Made by a program: the position numbers and the translations under genes. The notes beneath the pieces were generated by a model. The model did not search any database. It saw nothing but the letters and a program-made list of their open reading frames with translations, and had not been told where the DNA came from. DNA of 60,416 nt, the filler included. It is 5 parts of 5 records of this genome, joined end to end, with 100 filler letters (N's around TTAATTAATTAA, not from the genome) between each part and the next. Parts side by side here need not be neighbours in the genome. Positions count along the whole stretch, not along the records: positions 1 to 21,222 come from DRR723986_4809; positions 21,323 to 27,156 come from DRR723986_4810; positions 27,257 to 33,111 come from DRR723986_4814; 2 more parts are not named here. One strand, given 5' to 3'. Shown here in pieces: positions 19,650 to 28,610 of the stretch (its first letter is position 1; each line of letters begins with the position of its first letter).

Positions 19650-19806
19650 AACAAGCATAATGTGGATATATTTGTGAAATTATTGGCGGGTAGCTAGGAT
19701 GTCCTCCTAAGCCGTTATCTCTGATTTGCATGTGTTAGCTGTTAACATTCATGCTTTTTATATAAAGGGCGGTTTACAGACTCACCGACGCTAGAAGGAG
19801 TGGCAG

Positions 19807-21222
19807 ATGTCAGCGCAGCAAATCAACCGGGTAGAACACAGTGGTCTTCAGATTGCCGAGGTCTTGTACCGTCTGGTGAATGAGCAAGTTGCCCCGGGTA
19901 CCGGCATCGAGCCCGACGCATTCTGGTCTGCACTGGCCGAGATTGTCGCTGATCTGGCACCAAAGAACAAAGCTCTGTTGGCCAAGCGGGACGAGATTCA
20001 GGCCAAGATTGACGATTACCACCGCGCCAACCCGGGTAAGCCGGATATGGCGGCGTATAAAGCGTTCCTGGAAGAGCTGGGTTATCTGCTGCCCGAGCCC
20101 GCTGATTTTACCATTACCACCGAAAACGTCGATCAAGAAATCGCCGAACTGGCTGGCCCTCAGCTGGTAGTGCCGGTGATGAATGCCCGGTTTGGTCTGA
20201 ATGCTGCCAACGCCCGTTGGGGTAGCCTGTACGACGCTCTGTACGGCACCGATGTGATTTCTGAAGAGGGTGGTGCCGAGCGCGCTGGCGCTTACAACCC
20301 GGTTCGCGGTGATAAGGTTGTCGCCTATGCCAAGGCCTTCCTCGACAAGCATGTTGCTCTGGCTGAAGGCAGTCACGCCGATGCCACGGCATACAAAGTA
20401 GAAAATGGCAGTCTGGTAGTTAGCCTGGCGAATGGCGCCAATACCGGTCTGCAAGCGCCGGAGAAATTTGCCGGTTATATCGGCGATGCCGCTGCGCCCA
20501 GCAATATCCTGTTGGTTAACAACGGCCTGCATATTGATATTCAGATTGACGGCAGCCACCCGATTGGCAAAACCGATGCCGCTCAGGTGAAAGATGTTTG
20601 CCTGGAATCTGCCCTGACCACCATTCAGGACTGTGAAGACTCAGTTGCTGCGGTAGACGCTGAAGACAAGTGTGTGGCCTACAGCAACTGGCTCGGCCTG
20701 ATGAAGGGCAACCTCAGCGAAACCTTTAGCAAAGGTGGCAAAGAGCAGACTCGTCGCATGGCTGAAGACCGCGTGTTCACCGCGCCCAATGGCGGAGAAA
20801 AAGTGCTGCACGGCCGCAGCCTGCTGCTGGTGCGTAACGTCGGTCACCTGATGACCAATAACGCGATTATCGATGCACAGGGCAACGAAATCCCTGAAGG
20901 CATTATGGACGCCATGGTTACCGTACTGGCGGCGATGCACGATTTGAAAAAGACCGGCAGCCTGAGCAACTCGCGCACCGGCAGTGTTTATATCGTTAAG
21001 CCGAAAATGCACGGCCCCGAAGAAGTGGCATTTGCCGCCGAGCTGTTTGGCCGCGTTGAAGACGCTCTGGGTCTGGCTCGCAATACCCTGAAAATAGGCA
21101 TTATGGATGAGGAGCGCCGTACCACGGTTAACCTTAAAGCCTGTATTGCTGCCGCCAGTGAGCGCGTGATCTTTATCAATACCGGCTTTTTGGATCGCAC
21201 CGGCGATGAAATTCACACCAGC
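19807..21222 (+). CDS. glcB: Malate synthase G (truncated at contig end)
   Basis: [62 protein letters not shown]. Confidence 0.97.
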
Positions 21223-21322
21223 NNNNNNNNNNNNNNNNNNNNNNNNNNNNNNNNNNNNNNNNNNNNTTAATTAATTAANNNNNNNNNNNNNNNNNNNNNN
21301 NNNNNNNNNNNNNNNNNNNNNN
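21223..21322. other. Artificial contig linker
   Basis: 44 N + TTAATTAATTAA (stops in all six frames) + 44 N. Confidence 0.98.
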
Positions 21323-22329
21323 CCGTCAAGTTCAAAAGGCTGACTGGCCGTCAAACGCAGAGCTTCCAGCCGCGACTCGGCTTGGCTGGCATCCGGCAGC
21401 AACAATGCAAACTCATCACCACCTGTTCGCGCCAGGCAGGCATCCGCCGGGATCGCATCCAGCCACCGCCGGGAGAGCAAGCCAAGCAGTCGGTCTGCGG
21501 CATCTTCTCCCAGACAGTCGTTGAGATCCTTGAAGTTATCAAGATCAATAGACACAAGCGCTGCCGAGTTCCCAGCTCTCACGTCATCAGCAAGGTATTC
21601 ACGAATTCGGCGGACGATGCCGTTTCGGTTCCAGAGGCCGGTCAAGGCATCGGTGTAAGCGAGCGTTTCCAGATGGTGCTGATATTCTCGGGCTTGTTCT
21701 TCCAGGGCCTGATTCAGCCTTTCATGCTGTATTCGGGACAGCTCATCTTCGGCCCTCAAGCGGGCCATTTTCTCCCGCATTAACTGAATCGTGCTTGATG
21801 ACAGTTTTCCGTAAATTTCCAACAGCGCGTTGACCAGCACAGAGGCGGAACCGCTCAGCTCTGCATCGACCCGGTTTTTTGCCTCACTGACTTCCAGGCC
21901 TTGCTGAACCAACTCAACCGTCAGAGCCATTCGGCGATCTGATTCGAGGATATGGAAGGCTAACCAGCGTGTGAGGAAGTCAAACAGCCTGGTTAACACC
22001 TCTTCCTGAGGTTCGCGGCTGTTGCGCAGCTCCTCAACCTGCGCAAAAAACATCTGGTGTGCATCGTGGTGATTTCTCGCCATCACCGCTTCACCGAGGG
22101 TTAGGTTCCAGATCGCTTCCTCGTATTCAAAATGAAACGCCGCGTAGGTGAGCAACTCATCGAGAATCTGATCGGGTGTTAACTCGGAGGTGTCCGATGC
22201 AAAGTGCCAGGCCAGCCGATTAAGGATATTGACCAGCACCCTGTGCTGTTGATCAATATCATCAATGCCGGTTTCGAAATTCCGGTTCCAGGGAAAGATT
22301 TCGAAGGCATTCGGCACATCATTGGTCAC
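21323..22329 (-). CDS. Bacteriohemerythrin-GGDEF diguanylate cyclase (3' truncated)
   Basis: FPWNRNFETGIDDIDQQH, HFEYEE, HHDAH, WLAFHILESD di-iron ligands; DALTGLWNR, DLDNFK, RTGGDEF. GTG at 22329 has a GGGAG RBS and is preferred over the TTG at 22374. Confidence 0.92.
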
Positions 22330-22362
22330 AGAAGGACTCCCAAAACGGCAACCACCGTCTTG

Positions 22363-22404
22363 AGCATAGTTCAACTTCCGTTACATGCACTTGTTTAAAA
22401 TCAG
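22363..22404 (-). promoter_or_regulatory. Putative FNR/DNR class-II promoter for the hemerythrin-GGDEF gene
   Basis: TTGTT-TAAA-ATCAG (22391-22404, 8/10 to TTGAT-N4-ATCAA) lies 22 nt from a minus-strand TATGCT -10 (22363-22368). Confidence 0.6.
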
Positions 22405-22425
22405 GGGCCACCAAGGCCAGAGATC

Positions 22426-23613
22426 TCAGCCAGGCATTCCATCGGCCCTAGCCGTAACCAGAAACCGACCGTAGGAAACTCCGTAAAGCAGATAAGTAAG
22501 CAGCCAGAGTACAAATGGCAGCATCACTCCGCCTAAAAGGTAATGCTCGGGCCACCACACAGGAACAAAGGTTCGCGACAATGCTGTCGCAACCAATGTT
22601 ATCAATGCCGGCCAGATCAGCCACGGCAGCGCCAGCGGTCTTCCGGTGTGCCGCAGCCCGGCAATACAGAACACAGCAAGAATTGCCGTACCCGCAGCAC
22701 CTGCCGACAAGGCATGGCGGCCGGTGTAACCTGGCAGGGTGTCGATGAGTGCGGTGATACCCACCAGAACCAGCCCGACCACCATCCACAGATACGCCAG
22801 CGTCAGCAGCAACAGATACAACCGGGTCATCGCCCTGCCCCACGGCCATTCACTCAGACGGTCGGCCTGGGCTGCCGCAGCGGCAAGGGCAATCCAGCCG
22901 GTAACCACGTGGCCCGGAGCCCAGAAATCCGCAATCACAAACAGAATCAACGCGGCCACCGCCAGATGCTCCCGGGCAGGTGTTAATCGACCAGGGCCCG
23001 AAAGGCCGATTTCCTTCCGTGCCTCCATGGCCACCACCCGGATAATACGAGTAGCCGTGAGAGCGATCAGTACCAGTAGCAGATTGACGGTGGTGTTAAG
23101 GATCATCACCGGCGTGATCGTGCCGGCGACATCCGGCCACAACCAGGCCACATAGAAAAGCCCCTGAACCAGCACATAGCCGATCAGAGCCATGCCGATA
23201 CTCAGGTGTCGGCGGCCAGCCTCGGACAGCAAGGCCGGGGCTGCCCAGAGTAACAAAACAAGAGGAAAGGCAAGGTTCACAATAGCCACCAGCCAGCCTG
23301 GTATCAGAGCGGACAACCAGAACAGTACCCGCCCCGCCAGCCAGAGCATAATCAGGGCAGCCAAGGGCTTTCCTGCGATGGGTGCCACACTGGCCCAGGA
23401 AGGAATCGAGGTCAGCAGAAACCCTACCAGGGCTGCACTGACAAACCCGAACAGCATTTCATGGCCATGCCAGGCCAACGGAGGCAACGCCATGGGCAGG
23501 ATGAATTGCTGCATCAGCGCACCAATCCAGGGCAGCAGCGCAATTGGCGCGTACAGGGCGCCCAACAGGAAAAAGGGCCGGAAGCCGTAAGCCAGCCAGG
23601 GATGGTTAAACAT
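22426..23613 (-). CDS. nnrS: NnrS family membrane protein
   Basis: Start MFNHPWLAYGFRPFFL; WHGHEMLFGF, GFLLT, HAL, LRHTGR, RADGMPG C-terminus. Confidence 0.93.
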   Translation of the reverse strand: MFNHPWLAYGFRPFFLLGALYAPIALLPWIGALMQQFILPMALPPLAWHGHEMLFGFVSAALVGFLLTSIPSWASVAPIAGKPLAALIMLWLAGRVLFWLSALIPGWLVAIVNLAFPLVLLLWAAPALLSEAGRRHLSIGMALIGYVLVQGLFYVAWLWPDVAGTITPVMILNTTVNLLLVLIALTATRIIRVVAMEARKEIGLSGPGRLTPAREHLAVAALILFVIADFWAPGHVVTGWIALAAAAAQADRLSEWPWGRAMTRLYLLLLTLAYLWMVVGLVLVGITALIDTLPGYTGRHALSAGAAGTAILAVFCIAGLRHTGRPLALPWLIWPALITLVATALSRTFVPVWWPEHYLLGGVMLPFVLWLLTYLLYGVSYGRFLVTARADGMPG

Positions 23614-24592
23614 GGTAGAAATCCGCATCCGGCAACTTCCCGCCGATGAACCCAGACGACAATTCAGACAGTGCCGAGAAGAAGTCCTCCAGAGCTGGCC
23701 GGGCTTCCTGCGCATTGACCATTTTCAGTGCGGTGCGGGCAATCGCTCCTTCATACACCTGACGGCTCAAGGGTGACCGATCCGCACCCAACCTCGCCGC
23801 GTCCTCTGGCTGCCTAACTACCCAGTCAACCGCCCGGCCAATGGCCGCTTGCAGCGCTGCAACCTGCTCAGGCGCCTGCTCCAGCAACTCCCGCCGGCAA
23901 AGTACCCCTGCCTGCGGCAGCAGTGGCTCACCACCGGCCAGCCGCGCCCACTCCTGCTGCAGATCCAGCTCTTGGGGTGACTGCCCGAACTGCATGCTCT
24001 GTAGCCGGGTTGCCGTGCGCATGGGTTCCGGCAACACCGCCGCGTCCAGGCGTTGCGCCACATACATCTGTACCGTCTCGAACGGGCTGGACTGATAGCT
24101 CACCTTGACGTCACGTCCCACTTCCAGGCCCGCCTTACCGAGCAAGTAGCGGAACACCAGATCCGGCATATCCCCGCGCCAGGGCACGCCCACATACCTG
24201 CCGGCCAGATCTTCCATCTTCGCCAACGGGCCTTTCTGCTCGAGGCCCAGCATGCCCAGGGTGCCCCACACATTCACGTTCATCAGCACCACGGGAACGC
24301 CACGGTTATACAGATTGGCGGCCACATTGGTCGGGGTTGCCGTCACCATCACTTCCGCCCGCGCCAGCCAGGCCCGCAACTGATCCGGGTCTTTCCAGTC
24401 CCGAAGTTCCCGTTCAGGGATCAGGTTTTTCAGCTCCGGATCTTCCAGCGCCCGGGCCAGGATCACCTGGGGCAAGCCAAGAGGTGTCGCTGCAATCAGT
24501 TTGCCGGGTTTGGCTGCAAACGCCCTTTGTAGGGGTACGGCTGACATCAAAGCCGAACAGGCCGCCAGTTTGAGCAATTCACGACGATTCAT
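23606..24592 (-). CDS. ABC substrate-binding protein (SsuA/NitT/TauA-like), Tat-exported
   Basis: MNRRELLK twin-arginine signal; TPTNVAANLYNRG, AVLPEP, LPQAG. Confidence 0.88.
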   Translation of the reverse strand: MNRRELLKLAACSALMSAVPLQRAFAAKPGKLIAATPLGLPQVILARALEDPELKNLIPERELRDWKDPDQLRAWLARAEVMVTATPTNVAANLYNRGVPVVLMNVNVWGTLGMLGLEQKGPLAKMEDLAGRYVGVPWRGDMPDLVFRYLLGKAGLEVGRDVKVSYQSSPFETVQMYVAQRLDAAVLPEPMRTATRLQSMQFGQSPQELDLQQEWARLAGGEPLLPQAGVLCRRELLEQAPEQVAALQAAIGRAVDWVVRQPEDAARLGADRSPLSRQVYEGAIARTALKMVNAQEARPALEDFFSALSELSSGFIGGKLPDADFYHV

Positions 24593-25329
24593 GCCACCTC
24601 CGAATCCGGATGAAACAGAAAACTCTCGCTGACCACCGGTTGCCTCAGCAGGTGGCCAGCTTCTTCATACAGCCAGGCATGGCTGCGTTCGCGGTAAGGG
24701 GTTGTGACCGGATGTTCAAACACCACGGTGCCGGGCGAGCCGGAAACAACAATAATTCGATGGGCCAGACGCAGGGCTTCAGTGAGATCGTGAGTCACCA
24801 TCAAGGTCGCTATACCCTGATCGACCACAAGCCGTTCCACCAGATCCTGGGCTTCGCTGCGCAGCCCCACATCCAGGGCACTGAAAGGCTCATCCAACAG
24901 CAGGAAATCGGCGCCCACTGCCAGCGCCCTCGCCAGAGCCACCCGCTGTTGCATGCCACCAGACAGCTCGTGGGGAAAATGCTCATCATAATCTGAAAGC
25001 CCTACCTGGTCGGCCAACTCTTTCGCCTGCGTCAGTCGATCTCGCCGGGGCACGCCCCGGGCTTTCAGGCCCAGGGCAATGTTATCGAGCAGCCGCCGCC
25101 AGGGCAGCAACCGGGGCTCCTGGAATACCGCTGCGGTGGTTGTAAACTGATTGCTCACCTGTCCCGAAGTGGCGTCCAGCACTCCCGATGCCATACGCAA
25201 CAGGCTGGTTTTTCCGCAGCCGGACGGCCCCACCAGGCACACGGACTCACCCGGCGCCACCTGAAGATCCACGTCCGACACAATGGTGTTCGGGCCAAGA
25301 TCCAGTGAAACCTTTTGCAGCGTCAGCAT
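24589..25329 (-). CDS. ABC ATP-binding protein (SsuB/TauB-like)
   Basis: GPSGCGKT, FQEPRLLPW, LSGGMQQR, LLLDEPFSALD. Confidence 0.95.
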   Translation of the reverse strand: MLTLQKVSLDLGPNTIVSDVDLQVAPGESVCLVGPSGCGKTSLLRMASGVLDATSGQVSNQFTTTAAVFQEPRLLPWRRLLDNIALGLKARGVPRRDRLTQAKELADQVGLSDYDEHFPHELSGGMQQRVALARALAVGADFLLLDEPFSALDVGLRSEAQDLVERLVVDQGIATLMVTHDLTEALRLAHRIIVVSGSPGTVVFEHPVTTPYRERSHAWLYEEAGHLLRQPVVSESFLFHPDSEVA

Positions 25330-25339
25330 CGCAAACTCC

Positions 25340-26125
25340 TCAGCCCGGCATGGCAGGGCCTTTGACCTGCCGCCAGGGTTCCATTTTTTTCTGCAAGGGG
25401 CGCAGAAAACCGTGTTCGGCCACTAGCAGCAACACCACGACCACCACAATCCAGGCCATGGCACCGGCAGTGTCCAGGCTCACCCGGGCCATGGCCATGC
25501 CCTCCCCTACCCCATCTTCTGTGGCAAACAATTCCGCCATTACGGTGACTTTCCAGGCCACCCCCAGAGCGGTAATCAATGCCGGGAATACGTAGGAAAC
25601 AATGTGGGGCAGATAGAAATCCCAAAGGCGCATGGCAAAGGGCACGCGGAACACATCGCCCATCTCCTGCAGGCGCTGGTCCAGGGTTCGTGCACCAATC
25701 TGGGCACCGGCAAAAGCAACCGGAATGGTGGTGGCCACCACCGTGTAGATCGCCGCCAGGGAGCCGCTGCCGAACCACAACATTGCCAGCACAATCCAGG
25801 CGATGGGCGGTATGCCCAGAAGTACGGTTGAAACCGGCTCCAGCGCTCGGCCAACCGTGTGGGACAACCCTGCAATAAGGCCCAGAGCAACACCAGCCAG
25901 CGCAGCAATGGCAAAGCCGGTCATGGCCCGCCAGGTGGTGGCCCAGACGGCCGTCCAGAGCTCACCGTTGTCGGCAAAGCCAACGAGGGACGATAGCGCA
26001 TCCCGCGGGCCGGGGAGCAAAAAGCTACCGTATGACAAACTCCCCCACTCCCAGAGCGCCACGAATAATAAAACTCCGGTAAGGCTGCCACCCCAACCCA
26101 GACCACTGCGAATCAAACTGCCCAT
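25340..26125 (-). CDS. ABC permease (SsuC/TauC-like)
   Basis: LLPGP, IPPIAW, AWKVTVMAELF...GVG. ATG at 26125 is preferred over 26152 because the predicted TSS is about 26147. Confidence 0.92.
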   Translation of the reverse strand: MGSLIRSGLGWGGSLTGVLLFVALWEWGSLSYGSFLLPGPRDALSSLVGFADNGELWTAVWATTWRAMTGFAIAALAGVALGLIAGLSHTVGRALEPVSTVLLGIPPIAWIVLAMLWFGSGSLAAIYTVVATTIPVAFAGAQIGARTLDQRLQEMGDVFRVPFAMRLWDFYLPHIVSYVFPALITALGVAWKVTVMAELFATEDGVGEGMAMARVSLDTAGAMAWIVVVVVLLLVAEHGFLRPLQKKMEPWRQVKGPAMPG

Positions 26126-26181
26126 ACACTCACACCCTGCAAGAACTGACATGAGTGTACCCGCACGGACGCAAACTCCTG

Positions 26182-26195
26182 TTGACGAAAATCAA
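26182..26195. promoter_or_regulatory. FNR/DNR/NnrR-type box shared by two divergent promoters
   Basis: TTGAC-GAAA-ATCAA (9/10). Minus-strand -10 TACACT (26154-26159) is 22 nt away; plus-strand -10 TATATT (26219-26224) is 23 nt away. Confidence 0.8.
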
Positions 26196-26240
26196 ATACG
26201 AATCAGTTTCATTTGCAGTATATTGCGATCCATTCTCAAT
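26195..26240. promoter_or_regulatory. Two Fur-like boxes overlapping the TBDR promoter
   Basis: AATACGAATCAGTTTCATT (26195-26213) and ATTGCGATCCATTCTCAAT (26222-26240) resemble AATGAGAATnATTCTCATT. Confidence 0.65.
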
Positions 26241-26264
26241 CGTCAGCAGTTATCGGAGAACTCC

Positions 26265-27156
26265 ATGAATCGACGCCCCCATCCACTGGCTTTAGCCATC
26301 TTTGCCTTTTCCGTTTTACCCGCCGCACACGCTGCGACCGGCCATTCTTCGGAACTTAAGGAACTGGTCGTAACCGCCAAAGGCTACGAATCCGACACGC
26401 TGGAAACCGCGAGCGCAACAGAGCGTTTAACCACGGACAACACTGCCGCTTCGAAAACCGCCGGCGATCTCTTCCGTGGCAAACCCGGTCTGGCGGTTCA
26501 GGGCGATGGCGGCGCCTGGGGAGGTAACCCGGTTATTCGCGGCCTGAAAAAGGAAAGTGTGGTGCTTCTGGTGGACGGCGTTCGCCTGAATTCCGCCCAG
26601 CCCCAGGGGGCCATTGCTTCCCTGGCAGACATGAGCCTGCTGGATACCATCGAAGTGGTCAAAGGCCCGGCCTCGGTACTGCACGGCACCGGTGCCATGG
26701 GCGGTGCTATCAACCTGCGTAATCCGGAGGCGACTTTCTCGGAACAACCTGAAGCCAATGGTCGATTCTCCGGCAGCACTGGCACGGTGGACAGCAGCCT
26801 GGCCGGCGGCGCACTTTTGGAGCTTTCCAGCCGGAACCACGGCCTTGTTATCGGTGCCGCCGCCAAAGATGTGGACGACTACGGAACACCCGACGGTGAT
26901 GTTGAAAACAGCGGCTTCCGCTCGGAATCCTTTCTGGCGAAATATGCTTTCAGGGTAACCGAGAACCAGAAACTGACGCTGAACCTGCAGAACCACGAAG
27001 ACCGGGAAGTCTGGTATCCGGGCTCTGCCAAGCCCGGCCCGGGCGGCAACGGCACGCTGACGATCCATTCGCCCAAGCAGAAGCGCACGCTAGCCGAACT
27101 CGGCTACGAGGCCGGCATCGGTACCGGCACCCTGGAGACCAGCATTTATCGGCAGG
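26265..27156 (+). CDS. TonB-dependent receptor (3' truncated)
   Basis: Start MNRRPHPLA with GGAG RBS; TonB box ELVVTA; plug PVIRG...LVDGVR...IEVVKGPASVLHGTGAMGGAIN. Confidence 0.93.
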
Positions 27157-27256
27157 NNNNNNNNNNNNNNNNNNNNNNNNNNNNNNNNNNNNNNNNNNNN
27201 TTAATTAATTAANNNNNNNNNNNNNNNNNNNNNNNNNNNNNNNNNNNNNNNNNNNN
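27157..27256. other. Artificial contig linker
   Basis: 44 N + TTAATTAATTAA + 44 N. Confidence 0.98.
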
Positions 27257-27677
27257 GCAAGACGCGATGATGCGGCTTTGGCGCATCGCCCCGGAGTGGC
27301 GGGCAGGCGAGGCAAAGGTCAGCACCTGGCTGTACCGCGTCGTGGCCAATCTGTGCATCGACCGGCTGCGCAAACGCGGCGGTGTACCGCTTGAAGACAT
27401 CGCCGAACCGGCCGATCCGGCACCTTCGGCCGTGCAGGGGATGCAGCAGGCAAAACGGCTGGATGCCTTGCAAGCCGCGCTCAATACGTTGCCGGACCGC
27501 CAGAGACAGGCGGTGGTGCTGCGCCATATTGACGGGCTTGGTAATGCGCAGATCGCTGCCATTCTCGATATCGGGGTGGAAGCCGTGGAAAGCTTGACGG
27601 CGCGGGGGAAACGGGCGCTGAAAACGGCGCTTGAGGGGCAAAAGGACGCATTGGGGTTTGAAGATGACACGATCTGA
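27257..27677 (+). CDS. ECF RNA polymerase sigma factor (5' truncated)
   Basis: STWLYRVVANLCIDRLRKR (region 2) and LPDRQRQAVVLRH...IAAIL...VESLTARG (region 4). Confidence 0.92.
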
Positions 27678-28017
27678 CAAGAACACATCGGACACAGAGT
27701 TCGAGACATTGTTTGCGGCGGCACGATCTGCCCCGCCGGCCGTGCCGGAGGCCTTGATGGCCAGTATCCTTGCCGATGCGGGGCAGATGCAACCGGCACT
27801 GCCCGCGCAGGGCGGCGTTTTCTCATGGCTGCGGGCCTTGGGCGGCGGGCCGGGTGTTGGCGGGCTGGTTTTTGCCACCTGTGTCGGGTTCTGGATCGGG
27901 GTTGCACCGCCGGAAAACCTGCCGGATCTGGCGGGACAACTGTTGAACTTGCAATCCAGTACGGACATTGACGACAGCGATCTGACCGGCTTTGGCTGGG
28001 ACATCGAAGAGGGATAG
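27664..28017 (+). CDS. Putative membrane anti-sigma factor
   Basis: Overlaps the sigma stop; short N-terminal helical domain, one TM (GGLVFATCVGFWIG), acidic tail. Confidence 0.7.
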   Translation: MTRSDKNTSDTEFETLFAAARSAPPAVPEALMASILADAGQMQPALPAQGGVFSWLRALGGGPGVGGLVFATCVGFWIGVAPPENLPDLAGQLLNLQSSTDIDDSDLTGFGWDIEEG

Positions 28018-28021
28018 ACCT

Positions 28022-28531
28022 ATGGCACATCAGACACCTACACCCAAGGCCAGCCGCAAAATGCGCTGGGCGCTGGGTCTGTCTTTGGCAGTGAACCTGC
28101 TGTTTGTCGGCGCCATCGGCGGTGCGGTCTATCGCAATGCGGGCGGTCCCGGTCTGGACCGGCATCATGCGCCCGAGCTGCGCAGCTATGGCACCCCCTA
28201 TGTGCGTGCCTTGCCGCGCAAGGACCGGCGCGCGCTTTTTGCCGGCCTGAAGGCAGACAATGGCGCTGTTCGGCCCTCCCGATCAGAGCGGCGGGCGCAG
28301 TATGACGAAATGCTGGCCGTCCTCAGGGCAGATCCCTTCGAGGTTGACGCCGTGCGGGACATTCTCAAGGCGCAGGGTGCCGCCGCTTTCGGAATGCAGA
28401 CCGCAGCGCATATCGCATGGCTGGACCGGATCAGCGCCATGTCAGAGGTAGAGCGGCAGTCATACGCAGACCGTCTTGAGCGGGAGTTGAAAAAGCCCAA
28501 GCGCAAACGGCGCAAACCGCCACGCGACTAG
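28022..28531 (+). CDS. Periplasmic heavy-metal sensor-like protein (CpxP/ZraP/CnrX-like)
   Basis: LSLAVNLLFVG anchor, LRADPFE, MSEVERQSYA helical pattern. Confidence 0.75.
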   Translation: MAHQTPTPKASRKMRWALGLSLAVNLLFVGAIGGAVYRNAGGPGLDRHHAPELRSYGTPYVRALPRKDRRALFAGLKADNGAVRPSRSERRAQYDEMLAVLRADPFEVDAVRDILKAQGAAAFGMQTAAHIAWLDRISAMSEVERQSYADRLERELKKPKRKRRKPPRD

Positions 28532-28610
28532 CGCTCTTGCCTGCGGTGCCCTCGGCTTGCTCTCTTAGAACCAGCGCGATAGGCAGATGTCGTAGGATTT
28601 GGAGCTGGCG

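Noticed and set aside
21267-21278. TTAATTAATTAA repeated four times as a biological repeat or att site
   Set aside because: Always embedded in 44+44 N; it is a synthetic six-frame stop linker.
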